DNA from: Spironucleus salmonicida
Lineage: Eukaryota
Assembly (NCBI RefSeq): GCF_000497125.1
Contig: NC_090599.1
Location: 930,001 to 994,000 of the forward strand
Direction of reading: 5' to 3'
Length of the DNA: 64,000 nucleotides
Shown piece by piece: positions 48,539-62,265 of the stretch; position 1 is the first letter of the stretch, and every line of letters starts with the position of its first letter. Both the position numbers and the translations under genes were made by a program. The notes under the pieces were generated by a model. It searched no databases and was not told the origin of the DNA. It was given only the letters and a program-made list of their open reading frames with translations.

Positions 48539-51008
48539 ATGCATGCGGCGCTGTCTGTGCTGGTGCTCTATGCCGTCTTCACCTCCCTCATCGCAGGGCT
48601 GAAGTGCTTCATGCTAGGGCCAGCCGAGAACCAGCAGTCTCACAGCGGGCGCTTTTCCTGCTGGCGTCCGTGCTCGCCGCGCTCCAGTTGCTTGGCGCCA
48701 AGGCGAAGGTCGCCAGAGCCGTCCCGACGTGCGTGGTGCTCTACCTCGCGGTGCTCTTCATGGTGGTCTGCATCTACGACACCGAGCTGGGGCGCGAGAT
48801 GCAGGGCATCGCCAGCTTCTCGCTGTTCAAGAGCTACATCCTCGGCGTGCCGACCCTGTTCCCCAGCACGCTGCTAGTCGCGGGCGAGAAGACCTCCTCC
48901 AACACGCTCGCCACGCTTCTGCTGGCCATCGGAAGGGACATCATCCACTGGGTGCTGCTGTCGTCGATCGTCATCGGCTCGGTCGGGCTGGCGCTCCTGC
49001 TGGTGCTGATCGGACGGAAGCACATAGTATCCTCGTTTCTGGTCCGGCCAGCTGCCCCGCACAACTTTGTGCTGCAGGCCGTCAGCGCCGGGCTCGGGAG
49101 CGAGATGGACATGCAGACCGCCAAGATATCCTCGGCAACGCGGAGAGTCCGACGGGCGGCCGGCCCTGTTGGGGCCCTGCTCTCCCTCGTAGCGGTCGCA
49201 CTATTCGCCTCCTTCATCGCCTTCCCCTACGGGCAGCTGGCCGAGGCGGCGCCAGGGCACTGGAACATGCTCAAGTCGCTGACGCGCTACCACCTGCCGG
49301 AGGCGAGGCTGCAGGCGTTGATCCGGGACGAGCGCCAGAGCGTTGAGCTGCCGCCGGGCCTGTTCTACATCGACAACCGCGACAGCGTCCAGTTCCCGTT
49401 CGTGGTGGGGGACGAGGCGAGCTACTGCCAGTTCAACCAGTGCGAGGCCCGGCGCCCCAAGGCAGGGAGCAGCCGGGAGAGATGCCGAACGTCTACATGG
49501 TCATCATCGAGTCCCTGTCGGCAGTCCCCCTGCTGGTCGCGAACAACACCTTCTCCGAAACGCTTATGCCCACGCTGCACGGCCTCCAGCAGAGCGGGAC
49601 GACAGAGCTCACGCTCTCCACGCTGTCGCTGCCCACGATCAACGGCTGGTACGCACTTATGACCGGCGAGCTCCCCCTGCAGTACGGCGCGGCAATGACG
49701 CAGCTGCGGAACCACGCGCACGACTCGCTGACGGGCATGTTCAGGCGGATGGCCTACTCCACCCACTACACGTCCCCGTCGCCCCCGGAGTTCGACGGCA
49801 AGCAGAACATTCTGTACAGCCACTTCGACACGGCGCAGTACTACTTCCCCCGGAAGGGGTACCTGCCCGACCTGCCGCCGCCCAACTCGTGGGTGTGCGA
49901 CCGTATCACCACCCGCCAGTTCATCGACCAGATGTCGGTTGCGGCGCGGCCGGCCTTCGGGGTCGTGATGACGGTGGACACGCACACCCCATTCACGGGC
50001 TACGACCAGCCGAAGTTCTACGACAACGCCATCGAGAATGACTACCAGCGCGTCGCGAACTACGCGGACCGGCAGCTGGGCGACCTCGTGGTCCACCTGC
50101 GCCTAAACGACCCCCACTCCCTGCTGGTGGTGGTGGGCGACCATGGGCCCCGGGAGCGGCCCGTGATCTCGGAGTTCCCCCAGTGGGACGGCGACTGCGC
50201 GCGGCGGGTGTTCAGCGACGCGTACTTCACCACCACCGGCGTCGTGGCCTACCTGGGGCAGGACGAGCGGCTCAGGGCGGAGTTCAACCAGGGGAGGACG
50301 CACACGCGGGCCATCGACACGAACGCCTTCGTGCACGACATCGTGTGGCGGCTGAGCCGGTTCGGCGGGAAGCGGTACATCTCCAACCGGGTCCCGCAGA
50401 GCGTCTCCTTCACGCCGCGCATCATCGAGGTCAGACAGGAGCAGCAGATATTCAGGGGCTACCTCCGCGAACAAACCTCCTTCGTGGACTTCAACGAGAC
50501 CATCACCTGCTAGTTCGCCAGCGCACCGAGGCCTGCGCTGAGCTACCGGGGAAAGATCCAGCTGCACAATGCCGTCTCCGCCAAGAACCGCCAGTGGCAC
50601 GCCGACTTCGACTGCGCCGCCGAGCGGTGCGCTTTCCCCGTCGCGGAGGCAAACTTCGAGAACGAGTCGGGCGTGTTTTGGATTGGCTTCGTGCTGGCCC
50701 CCGTCGTGGTGGGCCTGCTTGCGTTCTGTGTGAGCCTGGTCGTGCAAAGGCGCCTCAAGGCGGGCAAATCATCCAGGCGCTGCGAGGCGCTAGAGTAGCG
50801 GTGTCCCCACTTACCAGCAGCGCTGCCGTATAGTTAGTGGAGGACGTGGTTAGTCTTTGTAAACAACCATTACCGGACCTAAGCTGGGCGCAAACAAGCA
50901 CGGCCGCGTCTTTTATTGCTAGGAAGTGGCGATATTGGGTTCGCCAACTTACCATTCGGAACTGAGGCGCGCAGGCAAACGCTATTGCCGCAGCAGGCGA
51001 GAGACTGA
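48539..51008 (+). pseudogene. LTA synthase / sulfatase-superfamily membrane protein, frameshifted copy 2
   Basis: Same motifs as copy 1; frameshifts near 48637 and 49449; extra C-terminal TM after read-through TAG at 50511. Confidence 0.75.
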
Positions 51009-51526
51009 GCATTTTAGATTCTATATTTTACAGTTGTACAGAGCACCGGCGTTTCCGAACTTTCGAAATTTTCCACTCCTCTGATTAGCAGCGCCTCTTT
51101 GTCACGAAATTGTGCAATTTGAGGGTCTCGCAGCCGTTATAGCATTCGCAAAGTTTAGCATGCAACTGACATAACGATATATCCGGAAGCGAAAGCAAAA
51201 TTTCGACTTTCAACGGCGAAGATTCGGGTGCTTTTCCGGCGTTAAACCACGACCTAGAAATAGAAAATGCTATAATAGTACTGTAAATTCAAGTTTAGAT
51301 ATATTGTTATATCAGTTTGCTTTCGCCACTTGATGTTTCTCCGCGGTTTATAGTTCCATCTAGTATACAACGAATACTAAAACTTCGCTCCACGATTCTA
51401 GAGCTGCCTCCGAATTTCTAGTTACCAAATTTTTCAATGTGCTAATCGTCATTATATCACTTCATCTGGTGTTCTTATAAGTTAGTTTTCTCATTTTCCT
51501 GCTGTTATCTCGACTCGCTACTCCGC

Positions 51527-54500
51527 TCAGTCCACAATCGCCACCTGGCTCCCGTTTTCGCCCTACATCAGCCCCTGGTCTACAAACCTCGCCTTCCTGC
51601 TCCCGTTCTTACGCAGACACCATATGCTAATCGCTGCCATGGCCACAATTCCAATTCCAACGCCAATTACCACTCCAGCTATTTTTCCAGCTCCAAAGCT
51701 TCCGTTTACCGCCTCGCAGGCTCCGTTTTTGAGCTCGAAGCCCTCGCCGCAGCCCTCGCAGTTCACGCCAACGAAATTCTCAGCGCAGGAGCACATTCGG
51801 TCTCCCGACAGGCCGCCAGCACAGACGCCGTTGCCGCTGCACTCGAGCTGCGTGCCACAGGACGCACTTTGGCAGGAGCCTCCGTTGAACTGCCTCATGC
51901 CCGGGCCACAGTCAGTCTCGCAAGTCGCCCCCGTAAACTAAGCCATGCAAGATGCGCAAGAAACTGCGCTGAACAAGTCAGCCTGCTCGCACTTCGCGCA
52001 ATTCTCTATAGCGGACTCGCAGCTGCCGCATTTTCCGTTAAAAAGGAACGGGAAATCGGATTTAATGTCACATTTAGTGCAGATGCCCGGCGCGCGCATT
52101 TCGCAGTCCGTACAGTGGCCCTCGCAGCACTCGGTCTGTGTAAAGTTGAGCCGGTACCCGACGGCGCAGAACGCGCATGCGGGAGGGCGCCCGGTAGTGC
52201 AGGCGACGCATTTTAAGATTTTGTATCCGTTGCAGGTCTTGCCCTTCCCGGAATGGATCTCGCAGTTCGGGCCACTGGCGTCCTTCTTGCAGGTGCATTT
52301 TAGGTCGCCCCCAGCAGCTAAGCAAGCGGACTGGCCCTGGCACGGAAGCGCCGAAAGGCAGGAAATCGGCTGGCAGCCGGAGACGCCGTACTGGACGGTC
52401 CCTAGCGCGCAGGTGTCCGTGCAGGAGGCGCCCGTGAACCCCACGGCACACTTTGCGCACGCGAGCGGGGAGGCGGCGGCACACTCGGCGCAGTTCGGGA
52501 ACTTTTGCGCGCAGCTGACACAGGTGCTGCTTTCCAGCGAAAAGCTGCCGTAGCAGGACGTGCAGACCTGCTTGCTTGCGGTGCAGGTTTTGCATGGCTC
52601 TGCGCAGTTGTTCTCGCAGTTAATTCCACTATAATTTTTGGCGCAGCTGCAGGACTTATTCCCAGAAGCGTCCTGCGCGCAGGTTCCACTCCCGGAGCAG
52701 CCGGTTTCGCACGTTTCAGGCTGGCAGTGCTCTTACAGGTACTGCACGAAGCCGGGCTCGCAGGATTTTTCGCAGCTCTGGCCCGTGAACGGAGGCTTGC
52801 AGCGCGCGCAGAAGAAGCTCGCAGGCGCGCCGGAGCACCCCGAGGCGCAGTTCGGCAGCGCCTCAGCGCACGTTTTGGGGGCGCAGAGCCCCCCTTTCGG
52901 CGTGTAGTCCAAATCGCAATCCTGGCACGCTCCGTGGTCGTGGAGCGTGCACAGCTGGCAGTTCGCTACGTCGCACCGCGGCCGCAGCTCGCAATTCGTG
53001 CCCCCCACGCCGCGTACGCACTCGCAGGCCATGTTGCTGCCCTTCGGAACGCAAGCGCCCTCCCCTGTGCAGGGCGCGTGCTCCTTGCACGTCGCCGGCT
53101 GGCAGAAGCGCCCGTTGAACTGGCGCTCCCCGGGGGCGCATTTGAGGTCGCACTGCGCGCCAGTGAACGGGGCGGCGCACGCTTCGCAGGTCACTTTGTT
53201 CAGAAAGCCCAGCTAGCTGCAGAGCTAGCACTGCGCGTAAACCTCCGTGCACGTTTTGCAGGCGCCGCCGTCGTAAAACGGCTTCGCGCTGCCCTTGTCG
53301 CAGCCGAAGCAGACATCCGGGGCATTGCTCTCGCAGCCGCGGCAGCCGCGCGCGCAGCACTGCAGCGCGTCGCTCGACAGGCTCGCGCCCATGAAGCACT
53401 CGGCGCACGTCAGCCCGCTGGTGCATTTCGTGCAGTTTTTGATCTCGGGGCCGCTGCCGCACCTTTTGCCAGCGCGCAGCGTCCCGCAGTCGGGGCCAGC
53501 CGTGGTGCTACTGCACTGGCAGAGGAAGTCGCTTCCAGCTAGCTGGCAGGTGCCGTTCCCGTTGCACGGAACCGCAGTCTCGCAGGAGGCGCTTTGGCAG
53601 AACTCGGTCTTGTAACGCAGCTGCCCCGCGGGGCACTCCCAGTCGCACGATGCGCCGGTGAAGCCGTCCGCGCACGCCACGCACTTGATGTGCAGGTCCG
53701 GGAGTTGCTGCGCGCAGCCGATGCAGTTTGGCACCTGGCTGCAGGCAACACACTTCATGTCTACCAAATATTTCTGGTCAGGGCAGCTGGTACAGTTGGC
53801 AGGGGTGCTTTCGACGCAGCTCGCGCAGCTCTAGTCGCAGCGGAACTCGCAGCTCCGCCCCGCGAAGCCATGCTTGCAGCCGCAGACGTTATTCCCAACC
53901 TCGTCGACCGCGCAGGTTCCATTCCCGGAGCAGGGTAAATTCGTCGCGCACGAGATGTTCCCACACGCGTCCTCCCCGAACTGCACGTAGCCGTTCTCGC
54001 AGCGCGCCTTGCAGTCCTTCCCCGTGAATTCTTGTCCGCAAATAGTGCAGCTGAACGCCGGAAACTCACCATCGCAAATCTCGCAATTTTTAATCAAATC
54101 CTCACACTCCATTTCCGCACAGCCGGGCCCAACCAGCTTGAAATTCGGCCTGCAAACGCCGCAAACGCCTTCCGAAGCGCAGGACTCGCAGTTTTCGACC
54201 TCGCAAGCCGGCCCGTTCAGCTCGCAATTCGCGCCCGCGAAGCCCGCCTCGCAGGTGCAGATCTGCCCTCCTGACGCCTCAACGCAGCTGCCGCGGCCGC
54301 TGCATTTTGATGGCTATTAGCACGTCGCCGGCGCGCAGAAATCGACGTTGAACTGCGCGTAGCCCGGGCCGCACTCGGCGTCGCAGGACGCGCCCCGGAG
54401 GCGGTCGCGGCAGCGCGTGCAGCGCGCGGGGCCGTTCCCGGGCTGCGCGCACAGCAGGCAGCCGTCGATCGCGTCCGCGCAGGCGATGCAGGCGCTGTTT

Positions 54501-55102
54501 TTGAGCACCGGCCGCTCCGAATCCGCGTCGCAGGCGGTGCAGAGAGAGGGCGGGAATGGCGTTGCAGCCGAAAAGTCGCCCTGCGTGGCCGCGCAGGTCT
54601 TGCAGCTGTTGTTGCAGCAGCCGGATGCTGGATTTGCGCTTTGCGTTCCCGGAATGCAGTCCGCGCAGCCTGTGCTGCTGCATTTGGCGCAGACGGGGAC
54701 GATTCCGCCCTTGCATCTGAGGCCCAGCACGCGCCGGTCGCAGTTCGGGCCTGTAAAGTGCCGTGCAGCGGATTTGTCCGCGCGGCAGATGCAGGAAATG
54801 TCGCCGTTTGCGTCCGGAACGCTCGGCTCGCCGTACTTTCCGCCGGAGCAGGCGAGCTTGAGGTCTTTCAGGTACGGGAAGGCTACCGAGAACGGCTGGC
54901 AGTTGCTTTCGTTCAGCTGCACCATTTCCGGGCCGCAGTCTCGCTCGCACGTCGCACCCGTGAAGGGCGCTTTGCAGGTTATGCAGGCGATCGTTGTTGG
55001 GGTTGCCTGGGTGCAGGTACGGCAGTTGGGTATAACTTCCTAGCAGGCGACGCAGGTTCCCGCGTTGTTGAGGGGTTTAAGGGATGTGGGGTCGCAGGTC
55101 AT
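51527..55102 (-). CDS. Cysteine-rich membrane protein, copy 2 (1191 aa)
   Basis: Mirror of 23046-26621. Confidence 0.9.
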
Positions 55103-57518
55103 TTTTAAATTGAGAATCTGGGAAATTAGAGGTTTTAAGTTATGAATGATATGAATTTTAGGTTTTATTTTGGAAAGGTCAGATGTTGTAAATGTGGAAA
55201 ATTGTGGTTTTACTCTAAGAATGGCTAGGTGGTGGAGAATAGGTTTAATTAGAAAGTAATTGTCGCGGATAATTTTAATTGTAATTTTTTATGAAAGAAT
55301 ATCTAATTAAATATCTTAAAATACTTAAAAATGTGTAATCCTCGAGAGAAAGAATCTTGCTAAGAATTTATTTAAAATAAAATATTGCATATTGCATTAT
55401 TATATAAATAAAACACAAACTAAATTAGTTTTTTAATTGTAATAATGGTAAATATGTAATGTTAACATATAATGTGTTTTAAATACAATAAATTTTATTA
55501 TTGGTGTTATGGCAAATTGGTTTATACAAGATATATTTTGTTTTAAAAATTGAGTTATAAGTAATTATTATTCTGTAATAATTATATTGCAAAAATTGAT
55601 TATATAGTTCAATAGGTAACGTTGTGTAAAAATATTGATATGTCTTATATTGAGAAAATAGATAAACTATATATAGTATCTTACTTACTTTAGAAGTATA
55701 TGCTATTATTTTATTAGCATTGCTGATGTTTAATTCAGCGATATCTAATGTAAATCGTCTCTTTAGGTGATGAAGCAAGATAGCGTGCTTAATAATATTT
55801 AGTAAACATTTTACTGCAATTATTTCATCTAAAATAGGCCTCCTAGCGCGCTATAAGTTAATTTTTACGTTTACCTTATTAAACTAACCAGCAAGTTGAT
55901 ACTATATGGCCTTTAGGAGCAAATTTTATAATAAATAAAGTCTATGCAAAAATAGTGATAATAATAAATTATTATCTAAATGCAGTTTTGATTTTAATAA
56001 AGTAAATAATCCAGAATGTACCTCTTAATGGATCTAGAAATACAGATCTCTGGCAGGCATCGACAATAATTGGAAGTAATTTCATGCGGATGGTATTGGC
56101 TAAGAATCTGCAATTAGTATTAGCTATAGTTTCTTTATGAACTATTGAAATATCCCGTGTGTAATGAACACTTTACACTCGGTAAATTTTGTGTTTATTT
56201 TGAGATATATAAATAGAAACACCATTACTAGACTCTAGATTCATATTCTGTAGATGCTCAGGTCTTTGAATCTACTGAACACTTAAAAGTATGGCTATCT
56301 AGATTTAATAATTTCGAAGTTAATATAGTCAATAGAAATAAACCCTATGATGAGAATATGCGTAAAGAATTCTAATATTTACATTTGATCGCTGCATGAA
56401 TATAATACGATTGAATCTTCATTTAACCTACACCACTAAAGATTTATATTATATCGTATTAGGCAATATTTCTTAAATAAAAGACCTAAGATATTTAATA
56501 CAATATATTGATCTAGCCCAGAATATACTTCGTACTTATAAGTATAATAATTATTATGGTTTTGAAATATATAAGGCACTGATTTTTGGATTTAAATAAA
56601 GTATACGAAAAAGATGTCAACAATATAAATTGCCCAATAGAAGTAAGTACTTGACTGGTTAACACTCTTAAAAATAAAAATTTAACATATACTCATTATT
56701 AGCTGCTTTTATGATTTTAAGCAATCCAATAGAAACTATGAGAGTAATATCTATTTAGCTTTACAAAACAAGGCCTACCTATTTTAAAATGGGATACATT
56801 GCTTCATGAACTGTGATCTTTTATACATGCTAATTAATAAGGATAAATTTACTTAATTCTCACAGTGAATTATTACCGAAAATAATAAAACTAGATTTAT
56901 ACTAAGCTAAATTTTCGCTTTTGATAGGTCCTTATTGATTCAGATATCCTGATCAGCTATGAATCAATAATTTATAACGAATACAGTAATTATGCACAAA
57001 TAACTAACGGTGATAACATTTTATACACTAAGCACCACCTTTCTTGATTGGCCTAAATTTGTCATATTTAGTCCAGGTCTATTTATGCTGTAATAGTATA
57101 TATAAATATTTATCTATACGATTCTATTTTAGTATAGTATTTATTTTATACTATTTCTAAACTAATAAATATTAATATTCTTGTTAATTAAATACTAATA
57201 TATCCTTTATATTGAATATCTCAAAAGTAAAAAAGTATTTTTATTTTCAAAATTGAAAAATATTAAATAATAATCGTATTAAAAAATTTTAGTAGAGATA
57301 CAATCACTATATTTATATAGATATCTCCATTATCATGGTTTTATTTAGTTTTTTCTATAACAATAAATGCTTAAATAATAATAATAAGACATAAATTATT
57401 AAAAATAAATCAATATTTTATGCCATATGAACTGAAAAACTTATATAACCATAAATAAATTTAACAGGTTTTGAAAGCTTAATTCATATATATTTAGTTT
57501 GTTTTTTAAACATCAAAA

Positions 57519-60500
57519 ATGTCTGGAAGCTGTGATTTAAATTTATCCAATAATGGTTGCAATAATAATTATTCATGTACATCTCCTACTGCTAATGCAC
57601 GTTGTACACCATGTGCTCAAATTACTGAAGGATTTTATTGTAAATATTCAAGAAATGGAAATGTACGAAACTGCAAAAACTGCAATAGCTATTCATGCAC
57701 ACAATGCTTAGAGTTCTACTTGTTAGATGACACCGGACAGAACTGCTTTCCCAACTTCTGTTCCACTTACGTGAGCCAGTGCGCGAACGGCCAGGTCTGC
57801 CCGGCAAACTCGATCGACAGGTCCGACTGCCAGGCCTGCACGCAGAGCCAGGCCACGCCCTGCAAGTGCGGGAAAAAGGCCAACTGCTCGATCTGCGACG
57901 GCACCGGAAAAAAGTGCGGGGCCTGCCTGAAGGGCTTCGTGCTGGACGACGGGAACTGCGTGCTGGAGAGCAACATCTGCAACCAGTTCCGGCAGAGCAT
58001 CCTGTGCGATGACGGCTCCTACTGCAACGGGGACTTCGGGGACACGTGCGAGCTCTGCGCTAAGCTCCAGCTCAACCAGTCCTGCAAGTGCGCGAACGGC
58101 GAGGTCAAGAACTGCGTCAAGTGCGGTGCCGATGGCTGCTCGGCGTGCCTGGATAAGTACGCGGTGCAGTTCGGCCGGTGCCAGCTGAACACCTGCGGGC
58201 AGATCCAGAACACGCTGAACTGCGCCTTCAACCACCTCTGCAAGGACGGCTCCTCCCCGAACCAGGTCTGCATCGCGTGCGACGAGACCCAGCAGTGCAA
58301 CTGCGGGACCATCCTCGGCTGCAAGACCTGCGGGGATGCTATTAACACCTGCGGCTCCTGCTTCGTCGGGTACCACATCAAGGACGGCAAGTGCGTGAGG
58401 GATACTAACAGCTGCGGCGAGAGCTTCGACTCGGCGCTCTGCGACACCGGTTCCTACTGCAACGGTACCTTCGGCGTGAAGTGCATTGTCTGCACGTTCA
58501 TCAACTACAACAGTGCCTGCCGCTGCGGGGAGAACCAAATTCAAAACTGCACCGCCTGCACCACCGGAGACTGCACCGCTTGCAAGTTGGGACTCTACCC
58601 GGTCAACAACATCTGCTCGCCCAACACGTGCGTTGGTGGTCAGAAGTCGACGCAGTGTGCGGTGAACAACTACTGTCCGGTTACTCCCGCGGGCCAGACC
58701 ACGAACTGCCTGCTGTGCTCCGAGAAGTCCACCGTGGCCTGCAATTGCGGGGCTGAGGACAACTGCGCTACCTGCGATGCCGGACTCACCAAATGCAACA
58801 AGTGCCTGCGGGGATTCGAGTCTACAACCGCGGGAAAATGCACGCAGATCCCTAATATCTGCGACCAGAACGGGTCTTCTTCGCTGTGTTAGTAGGACAA
58901 CTTCTGCAGCGGCTCTTTCCTGGAGACCTGCAAAAGCTGTGCGAACATCACCACGGACCTTTCCTGCAACTGCGGTGGCAACCTGCTGCAGAACTGCGTC
59001 AAGTGCGACGGTTCTCTCTGCAAGAAGTGCCTCACCGGCTACCACCCCATCAAGGGCGTGTGCCAGGTAAATATCTGCGACAGGCAACTCTCCAACACCC
59101 AGTGCGCGAGCGGCTTCTACTGCAAGAAAGACAGCAAGGAGAACGACCCCTGCACAGTCTGCGACAAAAACCAGACCCAGCCCTGCAAGTGCGGCGTCGC
59201 CTCCAACTGCGCAACCTGCGGTATCACCCCCAGTACGTGCCAGGACTGCCTGTCTGACCTCGTGCTGGACCCTAGCACGTTGTCCTGCATTACGCAGCAG
59301 ACGGGTAGCAACGTCTGCAACTCCGAGAAAACCTCAGCAGGATGCTTCAACAACTACTTCTGCGACGGCAAAGAGAACGAAGCGTGCCAGTCATGCGTAG
59401 TCCTCCAGCAGGGCCAGAAGTGCAAATGCGATACGGCCCTGGTCGAGAACTGCCAGTTCTGTATAGGAACGGTGTGTCAGGCCTGTGTCCGGGGCTACGA
59501 GGCCATCAACGGCATCTGCGTCCCCAACAAGTGCGGCGACGAAGGGAAAAGTTGCCTGCCCGGATTCTTCTGCCCCACGGATGCAACAAAGGATATGTCT
59601 TGCCGCCCCTGCTCGCTGGACAACCAGGAGCTCTGCAACTGCGGAGCCGCCGCGCACTGTCAGTCCTGCACTTCGCTCAACAACCAGTGCCAGACGTGCG
59701 TCAGCGGCTTCACCCTCATCAACGGCGTGTGCGCGGTACCGCCCAACTGCAACGCGATTCTGCCCTGCCCCATCGGCCAGTACTGCAACAACCTGACCTG
59801 CGAAACCTGCTTAGACCAGCAGATCGCCTGCTCCTGCGGCGAGGCCGTGAACTGCCAGAACTGCGGCCAGCAGGGCGCCTGCCTGAACTGCATAAACGGC
59901 TGGTTGCAGGACGCGAACGGCAACTGCAAGATCCCCATCTGTACCATTCCCCCAGGCCGCGACAAGTACTGCGCCGGGCCCGAGTCGCCCCAGGACTGCT
60001 CCACGAACCCGCTCGTCATCAGCAGCATGCAGCACTCCTGCAACTGCCTGAAGACGCCAGATGGCCAGATTGCAGCAAATTGCGCGAACTGCGAGCCTGA
60101 TATCAATCAGTGCAAGCAGTGCCTCAACGACCACACGCTCATGAGCGGAATCTGCGTTTTCACGCCCCCAGGCTACAAGGGCAGCTGCGACGACCTCGGT
60201 ACCTCCAAGTGGTGCGCAGAGGGCCTCGGCTGCAAGTAGTACGGTCAGTGCATCAACTGCGCGACGCTCGACGTCGGAATGTCCTGCAAGTGCGCCGCCG
60301 ACACGCTCCAGCTCAACTGCGCCGAGTGCGACGGGAGCGGCTGCAAACGCTGCGTCGAGGGCGCGACCATGATCGAGGGCGCCTGCCGGGTCAAGTGCAC
60401 GAACGTGGCCCAGTGCTCCGACGGCGAGCAGTGCGACCTGGCCTAGCAGGTATGCGTCACCTGCGACGGAATGCAGTTCTGCAAGTGCGCGGCGAACCAG

Positions 60501-60788
60501 AACTGCCTGGGCTGCACGGTCGACAAGAAGTGTAACGGCTGCCTCGACGGGTACGTCCAGAACGTCCAAGGCTCGTGCCAGAACTGCGACGCGGGCTACG
60601 AGCTCATCCACGAGTTCCCCTCCGTGTGCGAGATCCTCCAGCAGACCAGCACCGCGCTGGGCCCCTGGGACGTGGTGGGCTGCGTCGCCGCCGGAGCGAC
60701 CATCGTGGCGATCGTGGGCTACCTGATCTACTACTACACGCACCGCCCCAAGAAGTTCTACACCCAGCACAACATGTTTAGCAAGTGA
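57519..60788 (+). CDS. Cysteine-rich membrane protein (VSP/CRMP-like), 1089 aa
   Basis: Three ORF-track pieces in one frame joined by TAG; CxC/CxxC repeats; TM VVGCVAAGATIVAIVGYLIYYY, tail THRPKKFYTQHNMFSK, AAGTGA stop. Confidence 0.92.
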
Positions 60789-62130
60789 GCGGTTTGGTTA
60801 CTCATTGCACACGGTGCGGGATGTCGCCGCGAGCGGACCGGGAGGGTTTGCGGCTCTAGGAGAAATGTGTAGTAGACACCACGGGGCGCGGGACTGTGCT
60901 TGCACTCGGCAACTGCTGCAGCCGATGCGTCCTGGGCGTACAGTAGCCTCCCGGGGAGCACGCTGCAGGCTTACGCCAGACTAGTCCTTTCGCACCATAG
61001 ACGCGCCTCGCTGCCCTGCATTGGTCAGGGTGCGGTTATGAATAGTTTTCAATTTGCCAATTTACGCCGTCGGCGTGCCCAGACGGCCGGTATATTGCTG
61101 TTTTATTAAGTTCGAGGACAGCCTCGGTGCTTTGCAACACGTGGATGGTCGAAACTCAATTAAATCATTCCCTTTGGTAACTTACAACTGCTATGCCTAC
61201 ACATCATAAGTAATTTAGCAGAGTAAAAAGAAAAAGCTTTCATAACGATACTGGCGTGAGAAATCACATGGATTATATAGCTAATGTTTGATCTTTCTAT
61301 GAATTACAGCGATGATTGTAACTAGACTACAATCTTATTTGCAATTTGATTCAGTAACTTTCATTTAATATATATCTTTAAAACAGCTAGAAAAGAGAAT
61401 AGGCATTTTCTATCGAAATAACTAAATCCATCTGATGAACTGAATATACATGAACTGATCCGAAGCTTCCTCTAATACTACACGTACTTCCTTTACACAA
61501 AGATTTTGTAGGACCTAGTAAAAATATTAAGTGATTAGTATCAAATATATGATTTTATAAAAATTATGAGGTTTAGAAGTTGTCATGGTGGTATTAGTTA
61601 ATATGGATAATTTTTTAGGAGAGGCAATAAATAAGTGTGCGCCATTTTTGGACGGACAGCCTGAGCCAGCACCCTCGCTGGCATGACTCCTCACCCAGCT
61701 CCCGGCTGCCAGCTCCATAACCGCACGAGCGCTTTGCGGGACCGGGCATACGAACAGGGTGCCAGCATAGCAAGCAGCCGCATATTCCGAAGCCACCCCA
61801 GCGCAATCCCCTAGCCTGGCCAAAGCACGGAAGCACGTAACTATGGGCTAGCTGCACACCAGCATGGGCAAATAGAGTTGCCGTTGGTGGAATTTTGCTA
61901 CCTCCGGCGCGGCCAGAGAAGGTAATTCTTCCCTCCGACTCGCATGCCGGCCAAAGGCGCCGCGGCGGGACCCTCGGCCTGGCGCAGCGGTATAGGGAAC
62001 GGAACTTTGACGGGAAACCTCAAGATACTCACCAGCCAGCTGGCATCGGGCACTTTGCATGCGGGTCTGCCCACCGCTCCCCGTTTTTTCTGCGGCCCGA
62101 GTAGAGCCCGGTCTACGCGGCCCGCTCCTC

Positions 62131-62265
62131 ATGTTACGGGTTCTCGCGCACGCCGTGTTCGTCGCCGCCGCCCTGCTGCTCGCCGCGCCGGACGACCCGA
62201 TGCTGGAGTTGCTGGACGGCGTCTGCGCGCAGGTGGACTGCGGTCTGGAGGCGGCCTTCTGCGGA
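62131..62265 (+). pseudogene. 5' fragment of an unknown gene with signal-peptide-like start
   Basis: MLRVLAHAVFVAAALLLAAPDDPML..., cut at the junction with LTA-synthase-like copy 3. Confidence 0.45.

Larger units (their letters stand above)
42171..56581. repeat. Right arm of ~14.4-kb inverted duplication
   Basis: Reverse complement of 21567-35978. Confidence 0.95.

Noticed and set aside
23046-60788. CRMP and adaptin genes as pseudogenes because of TAA/TAG
   Set aside because: Pieces are in frame, a CAG/TAG swap occurs between duplicates, and genes end in TGA, indicating codon reassignment
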